Below are positions 1-7,616 of a stretch of DNA of 16,692 nucleotides, one piece after another. Source of the DNA: a plasmid; the sequence record NZ_CP146747.1; one strand, given 5' to 3'. The position numbers were made by a program, and so were the translations under genes. The notes under the pieces were generated by a model, which was given only the letters and a program-made list of their open reading frames with translations, did no database searches and had not been told where the DNA came from. Every line of letters starts with the position of its first letter. Position 1 is the first letter of the stretch.

Positions 1-134
1 CTTTGAGGAAGTTCTTGATGGATCAGAAAAATGTATCACAAATTTAAACAAAGACTCACTCATTTAAGAGACGCTACTATCATGAAATTTTGTTGTTGCG
101 ATAAGCAACTTCTGATACACGATTTTTAGCCATT

Positions 135-178
135 ACATCACTCGTTTTTAGAGTGATGTGTAAGTGCGCATTGCACTC
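135..178 (+). other. Candidate origin of transfer (oriT): 9-bp inverted repeat (acatcactc / gagtgatgt, 135-143 and 151-159) immediately followed by TAAGTGCGC (161-169). This matches the IR-plus-nick-region architecture of the RSF1010/R1162 and pIP501 family.
   Basis: Seen directly: perfect inverted repeat with a 7-nt loop followed by the TAAGTGCGC core. From memory, this core is the RSF1010-type nick region (nick after GTGCG). No relaxase gene is nearby in the window. Confidence 0.4.
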
Positions 179-595
179 TTTTTTTACGAAACAAGCCGAC
201 CAGCGTTTGAAACTTTTTAGTTTTTTATCATTCTATTTTAAAACGCTCTAAAACTCGATTTAAGCGACTTTAATTCGAAAGTGGCTCTATTTGTTCAAAG
301 GGAGCATTAAGAATGCTTAAACGAGCTTTTAAGTGGGTTTAAATTGATTTTGAATTGAATAGCTTGTTGTAAGTTGTAAAAAAACAAGTTAAACAAAGTA
401 TCGGTTTTCCATTTAAGGGTTGTTAGGGCTTGCCCTGAGCGTCTGTAAGACGCTTGATTGCATGATATGAGTATTTAGCTAGTCAAACAGTTAAAACAGC
501 TTATATGAGCAATTAGAGGGAATCCAATAAATTCCTAAAAGTGCTTTTGATCTTTTCTTTTAGCGAGTGAACGAAGTGAACGCTGCAAGTAAAAT

Positions 596-627
596 GTGAG
601 CGTGGTTTTCGCTCACTCCTTTTTTTG
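596..627 (+). terminator. Rho-independent terminator: stem gtgagcg / cgctcac, loop tggtttt, followed by tccttttttttg
   Basis: Perfect 7-bp GC-rich stem plus a T-run. No ORF lies upstream, so it may terminate a small RNA or read-through transcription from beyond the window. Confidence 0.5.
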
Positions 628-766
628 ATGATTTTGACTTTGGATTTTAATTTTTGAAAAAAATAAAAAAAGGCGAAGCCTATTATATATTTATCTTATA
701 TATTTTAATCTTTTATTCTTTTGCGTGGGGGAAAAGTCAATGGTAACGCCATTTATAGAAATTAAA

Positions 767-850
767 TAGCCCAAAAAAACTATGTATATAGCCCAAAAAA
801 ACTATGTATATAGCCCAAAAAAACTATGTATATAGCCCAAAAAAACTATG
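767..850. repeat. Replication-origin iterons: 22-bp direct repeat tagcccaaaaaaactatgtata x3.5 (767-788, 789-810, 811-832, partial 833-850). An AT-rich box (about 640-765) lies just upstream.
   Basis: Exact tandem 22-mers read directly from the sequence. An AT-rich region + 3.5 iterons + rep gene is the canonical layout of lactococcal Rep_3-family theta replicons (pCI305/pWV02 type). Confidence 0.85.
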
Positions 851-866
851 AAATTGTGTTGTGTTG

Positions 867-918
867 TGATATAATAAAAGCATAGAGAAATCGACGGCAA
901 AATCAGTTTCTCTATGCT
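867..918 (+). promoter_or_regulatory. repB promoter/operator: extended -10 (TGaTATAAT, 867-875) plus a perfect inverted repeat agcatagagaaa ... tttctctatgct (880-891 and 907-918) that overlaps the transcription start region.
   Basis: Sequence motifs read directly. Inverted-repeat operators for Rep autoregulation sit at this position in lactococcal theta replicons (established knowledge). No clean -35 hexamer is present. Confidence 0.5.
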
Positions 919-950
919 TAACCCAAATTACTCATAAGGAGCAACTTCTC

Positions 951-2108
951 ATGGAAATTATAACAAAAAAAGACCGAAACAGCAATGAAAGGACAGTGTG
1001 TTCTTTGAAAGAAATTGAGAAACGAAAAATTGTTGAACATAATGACTTGATAACATCCGTAGCAAAAATGGATAAAACGCCCTTAAAGATTTTTGAATTG
1101 GCGGTATCGTGCATTGATACGGAAAATCCACCAAAAAACAATACCATTTATCTTTCAAAAGCCGAACTCTTTTCTTTTTTTAAGGTGGACGATAGCAATA
1201 AACACAGTCGTTTTAAAGAAGCGATAGCAAAAATGCAAGAACAAGCTTTTTTTGAAGTAAGAGAAGAAAAAAATAAAGGATTTAAGTTTAGAAGAATTTT
1301 GCCAATACCAGAAGTAGCATGGACGGACTATGATGATAAAGTGCTGATTCGTTTTGACCAAGCGATTATGCCCTATTTGATTGACTTAAAACAATCTTTC
1401 ACGCAATACGCTTTATCTGACCTTGTAGAATTAAACAGCAAATACTCCATTATCCTCTACAAATGGTTATCTATGCAATATAACCAATACGAGCATTACA
1501 GTGTTAAAGGCGGACGGCGAGCGGAGCAAGTGGAAGCCTACCGCAATCCATCTATTCCAGTGAAAGAATTAAGAACAATAACAGATACTTTAAATCTTTA
1601 TGAACGTTTTACAAAATTTGAAAGTTACGTTTTGCAAAATTCGTTGAAAGAAATCAACGCTCATACACACTTTAATGTGACCTATGACAAGATTAAAAAA
1701 GGACGTTCAATTGACTCTATTGTCTTTCATATCACGAAAAAACGTCGAGCAGACGATAACAGTTATAAGCTAGAGGACAAGACATACAAGGAATCAATAG
1801 TCGAAAAAGAAGAACAAGAATTATTACTATCTGCAAGAGCAATGGAGAGTAAATATACTAAGTTATTGCTTGAAAATTTTCTTTTATCGCCTTATGAAAT
1901 GACAGATCGGTCAATCATGGTTGGCTTACAGAAAAATGTTTATCCAAAATATGATGAACTCAAAGAATTAAGGGGATTTGAGGGAGTAAAAAAACACCTG
2001 TCGTATGTTCATGATAAGCAAGAACCTTACTCAAAAAGGAACATTGCCAAGTATCTTAAAAAGGCGATTGATCAATACTTGCCAACTGTAAAACGTCAAA
2101 ATTTGTAA
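951..2108 (+). CDS. repB: Theta-type replication initiator, Rep_3 family (lactococcal RepB-like), 385 aa
   Basis: RBS AAGGAG 9 nt upstream of the ATG. N-terminal Rep_3-like segment (IVEHNDLITSVAKMDKTPLKIFELAVSCID). Located directly downstream of the iterons. Size matches lactococcal RepB. Confidence 0.85.
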   Translation: MEIITKKDRNSNERTVCSLKEIEKRKIVEHNDLITSVAKMDKTPLKIFELAVSCIDTENPPKNNTIYLSKAELFSFFKVDDSNKHSRFKEAIAKMQEQAFFEVREEKNKGFKFRRILPIPEVAWTDYDDKVLIRFDQAIMPYLIDLKQSFTQYALSDLVELNSKYSIILYKWLSMQYNQYEHYSVKGGRRAEQVEAYRNPSIPVKELRTITDTLNLYERFTKFESYVLQNSLKEINAHTHFNVTYDKIKKGRSIDSIVFHITKKRRADDNSYKLEDKTYKESIVEKEEQELLLSARAMESKYTKLLLENFLLSPYEMTDRSIMVGLQKNVYPKYDELKELRGFEGVKKHLSYVHDKQEPYSKRNIAKYLKKAIDQYLPTVKRQNL

Positions 2109-2121
2109 GGAGAGGTTTGAA

Positions 2122-2649
2122 ATGAAAGATAAAATGACTAATCAAACAATTTCAGGAGGATTTATTTTTGTAATTGGTATGGCGATGTTTACTTTGTTAG
2201 GAGGTAACTATAAAAAGCCAATACTATTTGGATCTATATATGTTATAGCTATTATTATTCAACTTTTTTTAATGAAAAAAATAAGAAAAGGCAACAGGTC
2301 TACTGAAAATAAGAAATGGGTAAATAGAGCATTTGTGTTTCTAGGAATAACATGTTGGTTTAGTATTTTGATAGGTTTAAAATTACTTGGCAACTTAAAT
2401 ATTTTATGGATATTGATATTATTTTTTGTAGGTCTGCACTTTTTATTTTTCATTCCTGCTAATGAAAATAAAAAGTGGCAAGCCCAAGTAATTTTCGTGG
2501 TTTTATTGACAGTTAACACTATTTTAGGACTATGTTTTTATTCAAACCAAATAGAAACCATTTTTATTATTGATGGTTTAATTAAAATGGGATACGGAGC
2601 TTACATGGTAAAAACCACCTATAAAGTTAATAGTGAGGATTTGTCATGA
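2122..2649 (+). CDS. Small polytopic membrane protein (175 aa, about 4-5 TM helices), translationally coupled to the next gene
   Basis: Strong RBS (AAGGAGAGG, 7-nt spacer). Highly hydrophobic segments. Its stop overlaps the next start (ATGA at 2646-2649). Function unknown. Confidence 0.55.
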   Translation: MKDKMTNQTISGGFIFVIGMAMFTLLGGNYKKPILFGSIYVIAIIIQLFLMKKIRKGNRSTENKKWVNRAFVFLGITCWFSILIGLKLLGNLNILWILILFFVGLHFLFFIPANENKKWQAQVIFVVLLTVNTILGLCFYSNQIETIFIIDGLIKMGYGAYMVKTTYKVNSEDLS

Positions 2650-3278
2650 GTGAGAATCTAAAAACGATCAAAGAGCTTGCGGATGAGTTGGGTGTATCAA
2701 AAAAGAAAATTCATTATCAAGTATCTAAATTAGATAGTAATTTGATACAAAGATTAGACGGTACTATCTATCTTAACAACGCTGCTATAAAAGTGATTAA
2801 AGGCAATATTGGATATGTCCCTAAAACTAAATTAGATAGTGTTGGTGTCCAAAATAGACAGTATTTAGATACCAAATTAGACACCGTAAATACAAGTTTA
2901 ATTGATGAAAAAAATGAACGAATCAATTATCTAAAAGAGCAAATAAAGAATAAAGATAATCAAATATCTGTTAAAGACGAACAGATAAAAAGTTTAGTAG
3001 ACGTACAAAAACAAACTCAAAATCTTTTAGACCAACAACAGCGCCTAGCCTTGCAGGATAAAAAGCTACTGGAAGAATACAAGGCAGAGAATGATAGCTT
3101 AAAAGCCCTTAAAATGCCTTCACAGGAGACAGAATTCAAACACTTAGACAATCAATATAAAGATGAAGTGAACGCCCTTAAAGAGAAGTTGGAAAATTTG
3201 CAGGAACAAATCAAAGTTCAAAAAAGGATAGAAGAACAAGAAAAACCAAGAAAATGGTGGGGACTATGGCGAAAATAG
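2646..3278 (+). CDS. HTH DNA-binding protein with a long C-terminal coiled coil (210 aa). It occupies the position of the lactococcal replication-associated OrfX/RepX-like protein.
   Basis: N-terminal HTH-like segment (IKELADELGVSKKKIHYQV). Heptad-rich, K/E/Q-rich C-terminus. Operon context with repB and overlap with hsdS. Confidence 0.65.
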   Translation: MSENLKTIKELADELGVSKKKIHYQVSKLDSNLIQRLDGTIYLNNAAIKVIKGNIGYVPKTKLDSVGVQNRQYLDTKLDTVNTSLIDEKNERINYLKEQIKNKDNQISVKDEQIKSLVDVQKQTQNLLDQQQRLALQDKKLLEEYKAENDSLKALKMPSQETEFKHLDNQYKDEVNALKEKLENLQEQIKVQKRIEEQEKPRKWWGLWRK

Positions 3279-3904
3279 ATGATTCAGTTAAAAAGAAAGT
3301 TCCAGAATTGCGATTTAAAGGATTTACGGATGATTGGGAAGAGCGTAAGTTCTCAAATTTAGCTGAAGTAAGACGGGGCTTAACATATAAGCCATCCGAT
3401 GTCCAAAAATATGGTATTAGGGTTCTTCGTTCTTCCAATATTGCAGAAGATACTTTTTTAATTAAATCGGACGATGTCTTTGTAAATAAAGAGGCAGTTA
3501 AAATTGACAAAGTGAAAAATGGGGATATTCTTATCACTTCTGCAAATGGATCTAGCCGTTTAGTTGGTAAGCATGCTTTAATTGAAGGGATTGAAAATGA
3601 TACTGTTCATGGTGGATTTATGCTTATCGCAAGGGCTGAAAAACCGGAATTTGTAAATGCTATTATGAGTTCTTCATGGTATAGTAAATTTATAAACATT
3701 TTTGTTTCTGGTGGGAATGGGGCAATTGGTAATCTAAGTAAATCAGATCTCGAAGATCAAAAGGTTTATGTTCCTAGTGAAATAGAACAAACTAAAATAG
3801 GATTATTCTTTAAGGGGCTCGACGATACTATCGCTCTTCATCAACGTAAGTTAGATTTATTGAAAGAACAGAAAAAAGGCTTTTTACAAAAGATGTTTGT
3901 TTAG
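3266..3904 (+). CDS. hsdS: Type I restriction-modification specificity subunit, half-size (one target-recognition domain), about 212 aa
   Basis: N-terminal conserved HsdS region (KKVPELRFKGFTDDWEERKFSNLAEV). C-terminal conserved repeat (LHQRKLDLLKEQKKGFLQKMF). The ORF stops right after the central/C conserved region. The probable start is the second in-frame ATG (3266) behind GGTGGGGA. The longest ORF starts at 3254. Confidence 0.8.
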   Translation: MAKIDDSVKKKVPELRFKGFTDDWEERKFSNLAEVRRGLTYKPSDVQKYGIRVLRSSNIAEDTFLIKSDDVFVNKEAVKIDKVKNGDILITSANGSSRLVGKHALIEGIENDTVHGGFMLIARAEKPEFVNAIMSSSWYSKFINIFVSGGNGAIGNLSKSDLEDQKVYVPSEIEQTKIGLFFKGLDDTIALHQRKLDLLKEQKKGFLQKMFV

Positions 3905-3947
3905 GGTCTATAATTAGATAATAACCCCGGATAAATCCCGTTAAAAT

Positions 3948-3990
3948 AGCCCCCAAGATCTAAAAGTTAGATCTTGGGGGCTATTTTTTT
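3948..3990 (+). terminator. Strong rho-independent terminator: agcccccaagatct / agatcttgggggct (14-bp stem) plus T7
   Basis: Perfect 14-bp stem, 7-nt loop and attttttt tail directly after hsdS. It ends the repB-hsdS operon. Confidence 0.85.
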
Positions 3991-4027
3991 GTTATAATGA
4001 TATAATAACTCTAAAAGGAGTAAGCAA

Positions 4028-4609
4028 ATGGATAATGTTTTTAAACCCATTAAGTATTTAAGTATCATTATGCTTGTTATTATTATCTCGGCTGTAATAA
4101 CTTATATTATCAATCCTAATTTTTCAGATACATTAAATTCTGTATCAAGTAATATTTCCAAATCGGTCTCACAGAAATCAGGATTAAATTTAGTTGTTGC
4201 TTATATTTTTAATAATGGATTTAAAGTCCCAATGGGGATGTTAATTTTTTCAATTATACCTCTCCGATTTTTATATTGGATTCAGCCACTTTTTACAGCC
4301 ATATTACCTGGAATTTTATTTGGGATAGCATTTAGATACTCAGTTGCAAAAGCTTTTATTATATTAATTTCTTCGCTACCTCATATGTTATTAGAGATAT
4401 TCGCATTTTGCTTATGGATGGTCGCTCTTGATCGTTTTAACAAATGGATTAGATACAAAATATCTAGGAAAAAACAAACAAATACTAAGTTATTTTATGA
4501 ATTCAAGTTAATATTAATCTCTTATGTTAAGTACGTTATCCCATTAATTGTTATCGCAGCTTTTACTGAAACTTATGTTGCGGATTGGATTAGTCATATA
4601 TTAAGTTAA
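4028..4609 (+). CDS. Integral membrane protein (193 aa, multiple TM helices), function unknown
   Basis: RBS AAAAGGAG 7 nt upstream. Hydrophobic profile. Followed 15 nt later by the recombinase gene, so likely co-transcribed. Confidence 0.55.
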   Translation: MDNVFKPIKYLSIIMLVIIISAVITYIINPNFSDTLNSVSSNISKSVSQKSGLNLVVAYIFNNGFKVPMGMLIFSIIPLRFLYWIQPLFTAILPGILFGIAFRYSVAKAFIILISSLPHMLLEIFAFCLWMVALDRFNKWIRYKISRKKQTNTKLFYEFKLILISYVKYVIPLIVIAAFTETYVADWISHILS

Positions 4610-4624
4610 AAAAGGAGTACTAAT

Positions 4625-5215
4625 ATGGTTCAACAAATTGTTCTTCCCATCAAAGATTCGAACGTCTTAAAAATGGTGCAAGATACGTTACTTGATAGTT
4701 TTCGGGCTGGGCGTCGTAACTACACGATCTTTCAAGTCGGTAAGGCCACACTACTCCGTGTGAGTGATGTCATGAAATTAAAAAAATCCGATGTCTTTAA
4801 CCCAGATGGTTCTATCAAAAGCACGGCTTTTATTCATGATAAAAAAACAGGAAAAGCGAATACGTTATATTTGAAACCAGTACAACAAGATTTATTAATT
4901 TATCATGATTGGCTGGTCCAACAAAATCTTAATTCTGAATGGTTATTTCCATCAACCTCTCGCACAGAGCGTCATATCACTGAAAAGCAATTTTATAAGG
5001 TCATGGCGCACGTTGGCGATCTTTTAGGCATCAACTATTTAGGAACGCATACCATGCGTAAAACAGGCGCTTACCGTGTTTATACGCAGTCGAATTATAA
5101 TATTGGTTTAGTTATGCATCTACTAAACCATTCAAGCGAAGCAATGACTTTAACTTATCTCGGTTTAGATCAAGCCAGTCGAGAAAATATGTTAGACCAA
5201 ATAGATTTTGGATAA
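4625..5215 (+). CDS. Short tyrosine site-specific recombinase (phage-integrase family catalytic domain only), 196 aa
   Basis: Catalytic signature is recognisable: Arg (LLRVSD), H-x-x-R (GTHTMRKTG) and C-terminal H...Y (LLNHSSEAMTLTYLGL). RBS AAGGAG. No N-terminal core-binding domain. Confidence 0.75.
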   Translation: MVQQIVLPIKDSNVLKMVQDTLLDSFRAGRRNYTIFQVGKATLLRVSDVMKLKKSDVFNPDGSIKSTAFIHDKKTGKANTLYLKPVQQDLLIYHDWLVQQNLNSEWLFPSTSRTERHITEKQFYKVMAHVGDLLGINYLGTHTMRKTGAYRVYTQSNYNIGLVMHLLNHSSEAMTLTYLGLDQASRENMLDQIDFG

Positions 5216-5523
5216 TATTTTTTATTTAAAAAGAGGGACAATCATTATGTTAAAAAATTACATTAACTGGCTTAAAAAAAAATAGAAATAAACCTGTTTT
5301 TAGGATGATATTTATTGTTTTAGTAGTCACATTTACCACTCTAACTATAAATTGACTTAACGTCAAATATATAATAGACTTGATAAAAGACAAAAAAGGT
5401 AAATAGTTATAAGGAAGTCTTAATTCAAAAAAGAAGTATTCAGCTGACAGTTATTATTTGTACTAAAATTATTGAGTTTTGAATCTCTTTATCTGATAAA
5501 CTTCTATGTGAGAGGTGATAAAA

Positions 5524-6360
5524 ATGATGCATCAATTTAACAAAACCATTGACTATTTAGAAAATACACTTATATCGGAAGTTGATTTTAAAAAATTTCA
5601 AAACATATCAGGTTATTCATATCCACTATTTAGTAGAATTTTTTCGATTTTATCAGAAATTACATTGGCAGAATACTTGAGAAATAGAAAACTTACACTA
5701 GCTGTAGATGATTTGTTGAATACCGATCAAAAAATTATTGATATTGCTTTGAAATATAATTATGATTCGGCTGATGCTTTTAGTTTTGCTTTTAAAAAGT
5801 TTCATGGGAATTCACCCTCAGAAGTTCGAAAAGGGAAAAACTATAAGTTATTTCCTAAAATGAAGTTAGCTTTAAAAGTAATAGGAGGAAGTCAAATGAA
5901 TATTAAAATCAAAACAAAGCCATCATTCAAAGTAGCTGGTATATTAAAAGAAAACATTGAATCTAATCAATGTCCAAGCACATGGGATCAATTATATAAT
6001 AATTATAGTTTTGATCAATTAGGGAGTTTTGGAAATGGTCAGTCATTAGGTGTCTGTTATGAGAATGAGGAAAATGATAAGATTAATTACATGGCGGGAT
6101 ATGACGTCTTAGATGATACTAAAGCTAGAAATTTAGGACTTGATATCTTAGAAGTTAAAGAGACTGAATATGCAGTAGTTCCTGTTAAAGGATCAGTCCC
6201 TGATTCCATTCATCAGGCATGGAAATTTCTACTTGAAGAATTTTTCCCAGAAAATGGCTACAAACATTCAGGCTTACCAGATTTTGAAGTATATACCGAA
6301 AATGACATTCTTGATCCCAATTATGAAATGGAGCTTTGGGTACCAATTGTAAAGCAGTAA
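5524..6360 (+). CDS. Transcriptional regulator with an N-terminal AraC/XylS-type HTH and a C-terminal GyrI-like effector-binding domain (Rob/MarA-like architecture)
   Basis: N-terminal motif (DIALKYNYDSADAFSFAFKKFHGNSPSEVRK) is typical of the AraC HTH second helix. About 160 aa of C-terminus has GyrI-like character. RBS GAGAGGTGA. The longest ORF starts with GTG at 5515. Confidence 0.7.
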   Translation: MMHQFNKTIDYLENTLISEVDFKKFQNISGYSYPLFSRIFSILSEITLAEYLRNRKLTLAVDDLLNTDQKIIDIALKYNYDSADAFSFAFKKFHGNSPSEVRKGKNYKLFPKMKLALKVIGGSQMNIKIKTKPSFKVAGILKENIESNQCPSTWDQLYNNYSFDQLGSFGNGQSLGVCYENEENDKINYMAGYDVLDDTKARNLGLDILEVKETEYAVVPVKGSVPDSIHQAWKFLLEEFFPENGYKHSGLPDFEVYTENDILDPNYEMELWVPIVKQ

Positions 6361-6371
6361 ATTATTAAAAC

Positions 6372-6407
6372 AAAATGTCCTTCAGAAATATTTCTGAAGG
6401 ACATTTT
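6372..6407. terminator. Perfectly palindromic hairpin (aaaatgtccttcagaaata / tatttctgaaggacatttt); a bidirectional terminator
   Basis: 36-bp perfect palindrome flanked by A/T runs, immediately after the regulator gene. Confidence 0.7.
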
Positions 6408-6650
6408 GTTATTCTATCTCTAGTCTCATATAATCAATTGATTGATATTTATTTTGTCTATTTAAAAAGGCTTTAGGGTTTTCACCATATTTGATGAAAT
6501 TGTATTTTTTATACAATGATATTGCACTAGTATTATTGGACACTACTTGAAGTTCTAATTGTTTGTATTGGGCTTTTTTACCCAACTCTATTTGATGCTA
6601 TCCTTAAATCTTAGAGTCACTATTGTATAATTTAGACAAAGGATAAAAAC

Positions 6651-6783
6651 ATGCAAAAACGCTACTCACAAGAATTTAAAGACACCCTTCTCGACTTCTA
6701 TCATTCTGGGCAATCCGTCACACAGCTTTCTAAAGAATACGGCGTGGCTATCCAACAAATCACTCCATTAAATTTAATTCGAT
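6651..6783 (+). pseudogene. N-terminal remnant (43 codons) of an IS3-family transposase OrfA
   Basis: Translation MQKRYSQEFKDTLLDFYHSGQSVTQLSKEYGVA... is the typical N-terminal HTH of IS3/IS150-group OrfA. The ORF ends abruptly and the frame is fused to unrelated sequence. A possible IS left end (TGGACACTAC...) lies near 6536. Confidence 0.5.
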
Positions 6784-7258
6784 GACATACTCAAGTATCG
6801 CTGATAAACCAGTGATTAATACCGCTAAAGATTCCGACACTAGTGTGACCGGAACAGGTACACCTGGCAATAGCGTTACAGTTTATGACGCATCGGGCAA
6901 AAAACTAGGTACCGCAACTGTTAAGGAAGACGGTAAGTGGGATCTTCCGGTAGAACAAGGTACATTAAAAGCTGGTGAAAAACTTACTGCTACGCAAAAA
7001 GCACCAGGTAGTAACCGAGATAGTGAACCAGCGACTGGTGTTGTTACTAAAGACAATCAAACATTACCGGGTAAAGAGAATACTCAAAACGGTACTAAGA
7101 CACCAGCAGCGAGTCAAGATAAAATACCTGATTCTGTACTAAACTTACCACAAACATCTGAAAAGCCTTCGAATTCAATATATTTAGGATTCATGTTACT
7201 AGTAGGCGCATTGGGATCTTTGTTGTTCCGAGTAAAAAAAATAAGAAGTAATTTGTAA
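6782..7258 (+). pseudogene. C-terminal fragment of a cell-wall-anchored surface protein: Ig-like repeat domain plus sorting signal LPQTSE, hydrophobic segment and RVKKIRSNL tail
   Basis: Sorting signal LPQTSEKPSNSIYLGFMLLVGALGSLLFRVKKIRSNL sits at the extreme C-terminus. There is no signal peptide or N-terminus; the reading frame opens only 17 codons upstream of the ATG (stop at 6731-6733), inside the IS3 remnant. LPQTxE is the sortase motif variant typical of Lactobacillus plantarum-group proteins. Confidence 0.55.
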
Positions 7259-7383
7259 ATGACGAAGATAATTCTAATACTATTTTATAAATTGCAAAAA
7301 GTAATTGATTAGCAAAAATATTTTTTTTCAAATAAAATAGATAAATCAGTGTAAAAATCGACAAATAAAAGTCTTGCATTTTC

Positions 7384-7412
7384 TATAGAATTTATATATA
7401 GTTAAGTTGATT
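7384..7412 (+). promoter_or_regulatory. Candidate sigma-A promoter for the pilus operon (-35 TTGCAT 7384-7389; -10 TATAGT 7407-7412; 17-bp spacer)
   Basis: Hexamers read directly. Lies about 200 bp upstream of the pilus-operon start. Alternative TATATA -10 registers exist, so assignment is uncertain. Confidence 0.3.
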
Positions 7413-7453
7413 AGATGGGTAGTTACTGATGAAACAGGCTATACCTTGAAATG

Positions 7454-7499
7454 TACTCGATTTATCGAGTATTATGATATAAATCTAGATGATATAAAT
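7454..7499. promoter_or_regulatory. Candidate operator cluster: 18-bp perfect palindrome tactcgat-tt-atcgagta (7454-7471) plus two copies of atgatataaat (7474-7484 and 7489-7499)
   Basis: Seen directly, between the candidate promoter and the start of the pilus operon. No regulator is assigned. Confidence 0.3.
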
Positions 7500-7616
7500 T
7501 AAAAGGTTGAGCGTAATAATTGTTTTGAGTTTCCAACCGAATTAAGCTGTTTTCAGATCTTTGATGGGTGTCAAGATTTGCTTACATATATATTTTAAGA
7601 GAAAGCGGGACGATAT

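Noticed and set aside
100-134. 18-codon minus-strand ORF (MAKNRVSEVAYRNNKIS) next to the oriT-like motif
   Set aside because: Too short and without an RBS; likely fortuitous.
767-850. Tandem repeats considered as a possible CRISPR array
   Set aside because: The units are contiguous 22-mers with no spacers. They sit in an AT-rich box immediately upstream of a Rep_3 gene, so they are replication iterons.
932-1361. Three minus-strand ORFs (71, 66 and 68 aa) inside repB
   Set aside because: They lie antisense within a well-supported Rep_3 gene, have low-complexity F/L/K-rich translations typical of AT-rich antisense frames, and lack an RBS.
2259-2519. Minus-strand 86-aa ORF inside the membrane-protein gene
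   Set aside because: Antisense to a gene with a strong RBS and translational coupling; no start context.
3211-3537. Minus-strand 108-aa ORF overlapping the hsdS 5' end
   Set aside because: Antisense to the conserved HsdS N-terminal region; no supporting signals.
7191-7379. Minus-strand 62-aa ORF over the surface-protein tail and promoter region
   Set aside because: Low-complexity translation with no RBS; it overlaps the candidate pilus promoter.
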